Below are positions 58,474-64,000 of a stretch of 64,000 bases of DNA, one piece after another. The stretch lies in NCBI GenBank assembly GCA_963748015.1, contig CAVVHE010000004.1, forward strand, positions 128,001 to 192,000, read 5' to 3'. The notes under the pieces were generated by a model. That model searched no databases. It had not been told where the DNA came from and saw nothing but the letters and a program-made list of their open reading frames with translations. A program made the position numbers and the translations under genes. Origin of the DNA: Terriglobia bacterium. Lineage in GTDB: Bacteria > Acidobacteriota > Polarisedimenticolia > Polarisedimenticolales > JAIQFR01. Numbering within the stretch: position 1 is the first letter of the stretch; every line of letters starts with the position of its first letter.

Positions 58474-59451
58474 TCAGTCGAAGCCGCGCTTCCGCCTCCA
58501 CTCGAGCCCTTCCCGGACGGACTGCTCGATCAGCGCGCGCAGGACCGGCCGTGGTACGGAGGCGTCGAAGTACCGGATCAGGTCTTCCGAGGCCAGGACC
58601 TTCTCCGGGATGATCCCGCTGGGAACACCGTCCACGAAGGCCTGCTGGACGCTTCCGCGAACCCACGACAGCGAATCGCGCGTGAGCCGCAGCTCCTGGG
58701 CATCCGTCGCCGCGCCGTGGAGCGGCACGACGATCTTCGGCTTCTCCGTAACGATGGAGTTCAGGACGCCGATCCAGTTCCCCAGGTTCGCCCCCGTTCC
58801 CCAGAGGCCGCGAGACGGAGCGATCAGGTCCCCGACGGCGACGATCCCCTCGTTGCGCAGCCACACCAGCGTGTCCCCGGCCGAGTGGGCCGGCAGGGCC
58901 TGGATCGGGAGGATCTGGACCGTGTGCTTGGGGTCCTCGAGGCGGAACTCGGTGTTGGTGACCGCGGTGGGAAGCCTCCTCTCGGGCTCCTTCCACGACT
59001 CGCCGCCCCGCTCCCTGGCCTCGGCTCCGAAGTCGAAGCCGCCGTCCGCCATCGCGGCGCGACAGCCGTCCGACGAGACGACGAGGGCTTCCTTCGGGAA
59101 CGCGGAGGCGCCTCCGGCTGCGTCCGCGTGCGGATGCGTGAACACGAGGTACTTCACGGGCTTCGTGGTCAGCCGCGCGATGGCCTCGAGGAGCTCCTTC
59201 GCGCCGGCGGGGGAAGATTGCCCGTCGACGACGAGGACACCGTCGCTTCGCTCGACCACGAGAGAATTCGGCCGTCCCGCTCCCCCGTCGGCCGGGCGGA
59301 AGAGATGAACCCCCTCGGCGAGCGTGTCCACCGTGAACGGTCCGATCCTCTTCCCGCCGGCGGGAACGGAGGGCTCCGCCGCCGCGTGCGCGAGGCTCAG
59401 GACGGCGGCGAGCGCCGCCGCCAGGATGTTTCGCCGGAGACTACGCGACAT
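58474..59451 (-). CDS. Exported metallo-beta-lactamase-fold protein
   Basis: Signal peptide, NS...VLVVDG, THPHADAAGG, AHSAGD, VGDL, VPLHG. Confidence 0.82.
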   Translation of the reverse strand: MSRSLRRNILAAALAAVLSLAHAAAEPSVPAGGKRIGPFTVDTLAEGVHLFRPADGGAGRPNSLVVERSDGVLVVDGQSSPAGAKELLEAIARLTTKPVKYLVFTHPHADAAGGASAFPKEALVVSSDGCRAAMADGGFDFGAEARERGGESWKEPERRLPTAVTNTEFRLEDPKHTVQILPIQALPAHSAGDTLVWLRNEGIVAVGDLIAPSRGLWGTGANLGNWIGVLNSIVTEKPKIVVPLHGAATDAQELRLTRDSLSWVRGSVQQAFVDGVPSGIIPEKVLASEDLIRYFDASVPRPVLRALIEQSVREGLEWRRKRGFD

Positions 59452-59546
59452 GGATGCCTCCTCGAGAGAGTGCGGGCACGGAACAGTCTAGCCGCGCCCG
59501 GGCGGTCCGGCATCCCTGCCTTCCGGAGCGGCGGGCGGCGCGTTGC

Positions 59547-61721
59547 TCAGCGAGAGTCCAGGCCGTCGGGATAGGTGATCCGGTACAGGCGCGTGTTGGC
59601 GAGGATGCGCTTCACGTAGCCCCGGGTGTCCGGGATGGGAATCCGCTCGACGTAGCGCTCTCCCTCCGGGTCGTCGCCCGGGACCGACCATCGCGCGGCC
59701 CTCGAGGCGCCGGCGTGGTACGCGGCGAGTGCCGCGTGAAGCGAGCCGAGGCGGCCGAGGAGGTCGCGCAGGTACGCGCAGCCGAGCCTGAGATTCGTCT
59801 CGGGCTCGAACAGCCGGTCCTGCCGGAATCCCGCGATACCGATCTTGCGGGCGACCTCCTCGGCGGTCGCCGGCATGAGCTGGAGGAGTCCGCGCGCGCC
59901 GGCCGACGAGACGGCGAGCGGGTTGAAGGCGCTTTCCTGGAGGACGACGCCCGCGACCACGGCGGGATCGAGTCCCGCCGCGCCGGCGATCCGCCCGAGA
60001 AGCTCGGGGTCCTGCGCCGGCACGATGAGGCGGAGGAGCCGCCTGGTGAGCCCCTTGAGGTCGGCCGAGTCCCGGTCCTTGACCGCGAGAAGCAGGAGCT
60101 GCACGGCGTCGGTTTTCTCGCCTTCCTCGACGGCCGCGTCGGCGGCCTCGAGCGCGACGGACCTCGCGCGCGGCCCGGCCGACGCGGCGGAGGCCCGGTA
60201 CGACGCCGAAGCGCTGTCCCAAAGACCGATCGATCTGAGCTCCCGGGCGGCGCCGAGCCAGCGCCGCGAAGCGAGGGACGGGGGATCCGGCGACGGGGGG
60301 ACGTTTCGATCCGGCACGTCGGGAGACGCGATGCCGAGGCGCCGGGCGGCCAGCATGCCGTAATAGTGGTTCGGCCATCGGGAGACGATCTCCTCGAGAT
60401 GGCCTCTCGCCGAGGCCGGGCGGCCCTTTCGCTCCTCGCGGCGGCTCGCCCAGTAGAGCGCCGCGGCGCGCACCCCCGCGGCCGCGTCCGAGCGCGCCAG
60501 CACGCGGGCGATCCCCGCATCCGCGAGATCGTCGTGCCCGAGGTCGTACGCGTTCCACGCCTCGCGCCAGAGGAGCCCCGGCTCGGCCGCGCCGCCCGCG
60601 GCCGTCCGGTATCGCCCGTAGGCCCGGAGCGCCGCCTCGGACGGGGTGCCCTCCTCGATGCGGGCCAGGTCGGCGAGGGCCTGGAGCTTCCATCGCGATG
60701 CCCCCGGCGCGGTTGCGAGCCCGGCGAGCCCGGCGCGGTGGGAGCCCGTGCGTCCTCGGGCCAGGTCGATACGGGCTCGGAGGTATCGCGCGCCGTCCGA
60801 GGTCGCACCGCCGCCTCTCGCCGCGCGAGCCACGAACGGCTCCGCCGCCGTGACGCGTCCCAGCCGGATCAGGAGATCCGCCTCGAGGAGAGCCTCGTCG
60901 GCGGGGACGAGAGCCGGCGTCGAGCCCCGGGGCCTCCCGTCCTGAAGGAGCTCGAGCGCGGCCTCGAGGCGTCCCGCTTCCTGCCACCTGCGCGCCGCGT
61001 CGGCGACCTTCGACCGCTCCGCCGGAGTGAAACGGGACGGGGCATCGGGGAACTCGCTCTCGAGCGTGTCGAGAGCGCGCTCGGCATTCTCGCCCGCGGG
61101 GCTCTCGAGGAGCAGCGCGACGAGACGGCGCCTGGCGCCGTCTCGATCCGCGTGCCGCAGCGCGATGCGCGCGGCCTCGAGTCGAAGCGGGGCCGTTCCG
61201 GCCCGGTCGAGCAGCGCCACCGCCTCGCGATGTCCTCCTCGCGATTCGAGCGCGGACGCCTGGCATCGCAGGGCCTCTTCTCGTCCGGGGAACCCCTCGA
61301 CGGAGGCGGCTCTCGCGGCGGCCGCCATCGCCTCGTCCCAGCGCGAAGCGGCCAGCAGGCCGCGGGCCCTCAGGAGGTCCGCATGGGCCGAGAGCGGCGC
61401 TCCCGGATCGAGAGGCGAGGGAAGGAACGAGGAGACCTCCGCCGCGCGCCCGAGAGAGGCCATCCTGGCGGCGGCGAGGATGCGCGCCCGCGCCTCCCAC
61501 GACGGCGAGCGGTAGGAGCGAAGAAACGTCCGGAGGCTCTCCTCGGCCTCCCGCGGCCGCCCGGAACCGTAGAGCTCGATCGCTCGCCGCACGGGGGGCG
61601 GTGGGTGCGCCGAATCATCCCAGCGGCTCGGCCGCGTCCACCACCAGATCGCCGCCGACGCGGCGATGAGGACGAGGACGACGGCGAGGAACGGGCGCGC
61701 GCGCCACTGGGTGAGCTTCAT
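59547..61721 (-). CDS. Slt70-like lytic transglycosylase (helical repeats + C-terminal SLT domain)
   Basis: YW..R, YYG, QESAFNP.AVS.AGARGLLQLMP.TA, AAYHAG, ERIP..DTRGYVKR. Confidence 0.9.
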   Translation of the reverse strand: MKLTQWRARPFLAVVLVLIAASAAIWWWTRPSRWDDSAHPPPPVRRAIELYGSGRPREAEESLRTFLRSYRSPSWEARARILAAARMASLGRAAEVSSFLPSPLDPGAPLSAHADLLRARGLLAASRWDEAMAAAARAASVEGFPGREEALRCQASALESRGGHREAVALLDRAGTAPLRLEAARIALRHADRDGARRRLVALLLESPAGENAERALDTLESEFPDAPSRFTPAERSKVADAARRWQEAGRLEAALELLQDGRPRGSTPALVPADEALLEADLLIRLGRVTAAEPFVARAARGGGATSDGARYLRARIDLARGRTGSHRAGLAGLATAPGASRWKLQALADLARIEEGTPSEAALRAYGRYRTAAGGAAEPGLLWREAWNAYDLGHDDLADAGIARVLARSDAAAGVRAAALYWASRREERKGRPASARGHLEEIVSRWPNHYYGMLAARRLGIASPDVPDRNVPPSPDPPSLASRRWLGAARELRSIGLWDSASASYRASAASAGPRARSVALEAADAAVEEGEKTDAVQLLLLAVKDRDSADLKGLTRRLLRLIVPAQDPELLGRIAGAAGLDPAVVAGVVLQESAFNPLAVSSAGARGLLQLMPATAEEVARKIGIAGFRQDRLFEPETNLRLGCAYLRDLLGRLGSLHAALAAYHAGASRAARWSVPGDDPEGERYVERIPIPDTRGYVKRILANTRLYRITYPDGLDSR

Positions 61722-61794
61722 GGACCGCCGATGTTACCGAGGGACGCGACGAAGGTCCACCCCGCGCGCCGGCCCGCATTGCCGTCGCCGCGGA

Positions 61795-62733
61795 TCAGAG
61801 CCGGGGAGCGGCGCCGGGCGGAGAGTCGTCGGTGGCCGGAAGCGGCAGGAGATCCGCGTCGCCCCCCGCGAGGATCTCGACGAGCGCGTCGTGGAGGACC
61901 GAGAGCCCGGGCGCTCCGAGTTCCGGGAATCGCCGCTCGAACGCTTCGCGCCCGCGGTCGATCTGTTCCTCGAGCCGCCGGAACAGGTCCCGATTCCGCC
62001 GGCCGAGCACGACGGCCTCTTCGTTGTAGAGGCGGATGTCCGTCGCCACGAGCCGCGCGAACCGTCGCGCCTCGTCGCGCCGCACGTTCTCGGGGGGTGC
62101 TTTGGACGGATCGAGCCACGGCGCGATCGAGGTCTCGGCGGCCGCCGCCGGGGCGGCCGCCGGCCGGGGAGCGGGACCTTCCACCGGCTCGGCCGCGGCC
62201 TGCGCCTCCGGAGCAGCCGACTTCGCCGCGGCCTGGAGCTTCCGCAGGGTCAGATCCAGCTCGAGGCGGAGCCGCGCCGCGGTCGCGAGGACGCCGAGCG
62301 CGGCGGGAAACCACGGCTCCTCGTCGTGTCCCCGCTGCGCGACGAGGAGTCCGACCGCGCGGGTGCCCGCGAGCAGGGCAACCCCGCGCGTTTCGAGCGC
62401 TTCGGGTTGGCCGAAGTCCGGCAGGGCGTCCGAGGGAAGGAGCGCCACGCCCTCCTCCGCGCCGGCGCCGGCGATGAGGTCCATCGGTCCGCTTCCGGCT
62501 TCGATCCGCATCTGGCGCAGCCGCTCCGCCGCCTCCCTTCCGTAACCCGAGGCACCCCAGCCCTTCCAGCACCCTTCCCGCGAGAGAAGGATGGCGGAGC
62601 GCGGAACGAACATGCGGGTCGCGTCGAGAAGACGGCGGAAGACGTCGGAGGGCCGTATCGCCTCGGCGAGCAAGGCCACCTGGCGCTCGAGGCTCTCGAG
62701 GATCGGGCTGTCGGGGCTGGGATCGGCGGTCAT
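61795..62733 (-). CDS. Hypothetical protein: GAF-like N-terminus, Ala/Pro linker, RomX-like C-terminal domain
   Basis: GGGAG RBS before ATG 62733; PRSAILL...GW...VALLAG..AVGLLVA; C-term EARRFARLVATDIRLYNEEAV. Confidence 0.7.
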   Translation of the reverse strand: MTADPSPDSPILESLERQVALLAEAIRPSDVFRRLLDATRMFVPRSAILLSREGCWKGWGASGYGREAAERLRQMRIEAGSGPMDLIAGAGAEEGVALLPSDALPDFGQPEALETRGVALLAGTRAVGLLVAQRGHDEEPWFPAALGVLATAARLRLELDLTLRKLQAAAKSAAPEAQAAAEPVEGPAPRPAAAPAAAAETSIAPWLDPSKAPPENVRRDEARRFARLVATDIRLYNEEAVVLGRRNRDLFRRLEEQIDRGREAFERRFPELGAPGLSVLHDALVEILAGGDADLLPLPATDDSPPGAAPRL

Positions 62734-62750
62734 GGCGGGGCGCTCCCTCC

Positions 62751-63968
62751 CTAGATCTGGAAATCGGGGTGGCTGAGCAGCGGAGCGAATTCGGCGAATC
62801 CCGGCAACAGCTGGCGCAGCTCGGGCGCGAGGTCGAGCGCCCGAATCAGCGCCCCGCGCGAGCGGCTCGTGTCCCCGAGGCGCGCGAGCGTCGATGCGAG
62901 GTTCAGATGATAGGTCGCCTGATGCGGCGCCAGCGATACCGCTCTCTCGAACGCTCTCGCGGACCCGGCGAGGTCTCCCTGCTCCTCGAGGACGTTGCCG
63001 AGGTTGTTCCACGAGAGATCGTACGACGGGCTGATCCCGATCGCCTTCTCGAAGCACTCCGTCGCCTCGGCGAGACGTCCCTGCTGGGCCAGCGCGCTGC
63101 CGAGATTGTTCCAGACCTCGTGGTCGCCGTCGCCTCCCAGGAGTGCCGAGCGGAACGCCGCGACCGCCTCCTCGAGGCGTCCCATCTCGAGGCAGGCGTT
63201 GCCGAGGTTGTACCAGACCTCGTAGTCGCCGGGGAGCAGGCTCGCGGCCTTCCGGTAGCCCAGGATGGCATCCTCGAAGCGCCCGCGGGACGCCTGGGCG
63301 AACGCGAGGTTGTACCAGACCTGGTGCGCGTCCGGCCGGATCTCGATCGCGCGCTCGTACGCCTGGACGGCCGATTCGAGGTCGGCGAGGTCCACCAGCG
63401 CGTTCCCGAGATTGGCCCAGCACTCGTAGCACTCGGGGTGGCGAGAGAGGGCGCGCCGGTAGCATTCGACCGCCTCGTCGAGCCGCCCGAGGTGGACGTA
63501 CGCGTTCCCCATGTTGTTCCAGGCCTCGTACAGGTTCGGGTCGAGACCCAGAGCCTCGCGATAGGCGGCGACCGCCTCCCCGAATCGTCCTCGGCTGTCC
63601 TCGGCATTCCCCAGGTGGAACCACGACTCCTGCTGGTCCCGGCGGATCTCGATGGCTTGCCGGAACGAGCGCGCCGCGTCTTCGAATCGTCCCTCGATCT
63701 CGCTGGCCTTCCCGATGTTGTTCCACGCCTCGACCAGCCCCGGGTCCGATTCGAGCGCCCTCTCCCAGCACGCGACGGCGCCCGCCAGGTCGCCCTGGCC
63801 GAAGCGGCCCACCCCTTCCTCGAGGAAGAGGACGGCGTGCTCGGCATGGTCCGAGCCCTTTGCCGGCGCCCCCCGGGGCTGCCGGCCTCCGATCTTCAGC
63901 GGGCGGCGGGGGGCGTCTCGGGGGGCACGGCCTGCCGGGAGGTCCTTGCGCTCTTCGCTCGAGCTCAC
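62751..63968 (-). CDS. Cytoplasmic TPR-repeat protein (about 10 TPRs)
   Basis: Repeated W(N/Y)NLG...G.L.EA...Y..A 34-aa units; GTG 63968 with GGAGGT RBS. Confidence 0.88.
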   Translation of the reverse strand: MSSSEERKDLPAGRAPRDAPRRPLKIGGRQPRGAPAKGSDHAEHAVLFLEEGVGRFGQGDLAGAVACWERALESDPGLVEAWNNIGKASEIEGRFEDAARSFRQAIEIRRDQQESWFHLGNAEDSRGRFGEAVAAYREALGLDPNLYEAWNNMGNAYVHLGRLDEAVECYRRALSRHPECYECWANLGNALVDLADLESAVQAYERAIEIRPDAHQVWYNLAFAQASRGRFEDAILGYRKAASLLPGDYEVWYNLGNACLEMGRLEEAVAAFRSALLGGDGDHEVWNNLGSALAQQGRLAEATECFEKAIGISPSYDLSWNNLGNVLEEQGDLAGSARAFERAVSLAPHQATYHLNLASTLARLGDTSRSRGALIRALDLAPELRQLLPGFAEFAPLLSHPDFQI

Positions 63969-64000
63969 TCGGCTACCTCCACCGTGGGCCACGGGGCTCG

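Noticed and set aside
59454..62477. 1007-aa + strand ORF and the many other R/P/G-rich overlapping ORFs
   Set aside because: Shadow frames of real genes in high-GC DNA, with no RBS or domain motifs.
62900..63760. 102-bp periodicity
   Set aside because: Explained by the TPR coding repeats.
61795..63771. 658-aa ORF
   Set aside because: The N-terminal half is an alternate frame of the TPR gene; the real gene starts at ATG 62733.

Overview
A gene-dense, very GC-rich (about 70% by eye) bacterial chromosomal window with about 50 CDS. The gene content (two VWA proteins, an Oar-type TonB-dependent receptor, a FecR/DUF6600-like protein, a PASTA-only protein, a NapC/NirT-like cytochrome) suggests Acidobacteriota (inference). 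Much of it is housekeeping: split MetH modules, ferredoxin, gpmI, rnhB, sucCD, ndk, gap x2, proS, pcm, mpl, def-fmt, lemA, rpe, bamD, hslVU, dapF and a lytic transglycosylase. I found no rRNA, tRNA, CRISPR array, transposase or prophage gene. Best leads: (1) a PEP-synthase-family dikinase with reversed domain order (His-swivel first, ATP-grasp last, as in glucan-water dikinases); (2) a GAF-like protein with a RomX-like C-terminal domain next to a TPR protein; (3) an 8-gene envelope/glycolipid modification cluster with MsbA, ArnT, an ICMT-like methyltransferase, a TMTC-like GT-C and a divergent kinase/pseudokinase pair; (4) tandem, translationally coupled GAPDH paralogs, one of which has lost phosphate-binding residues; (5) three unrelated long perfect intergenic palindromes; (6) a +1 frame break in the bamD signal peptide; (7) sigma54+IHF-like, ECF and leaderless promoter signatures. 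All protein calls come from motif recognition by eye, not from database searches.
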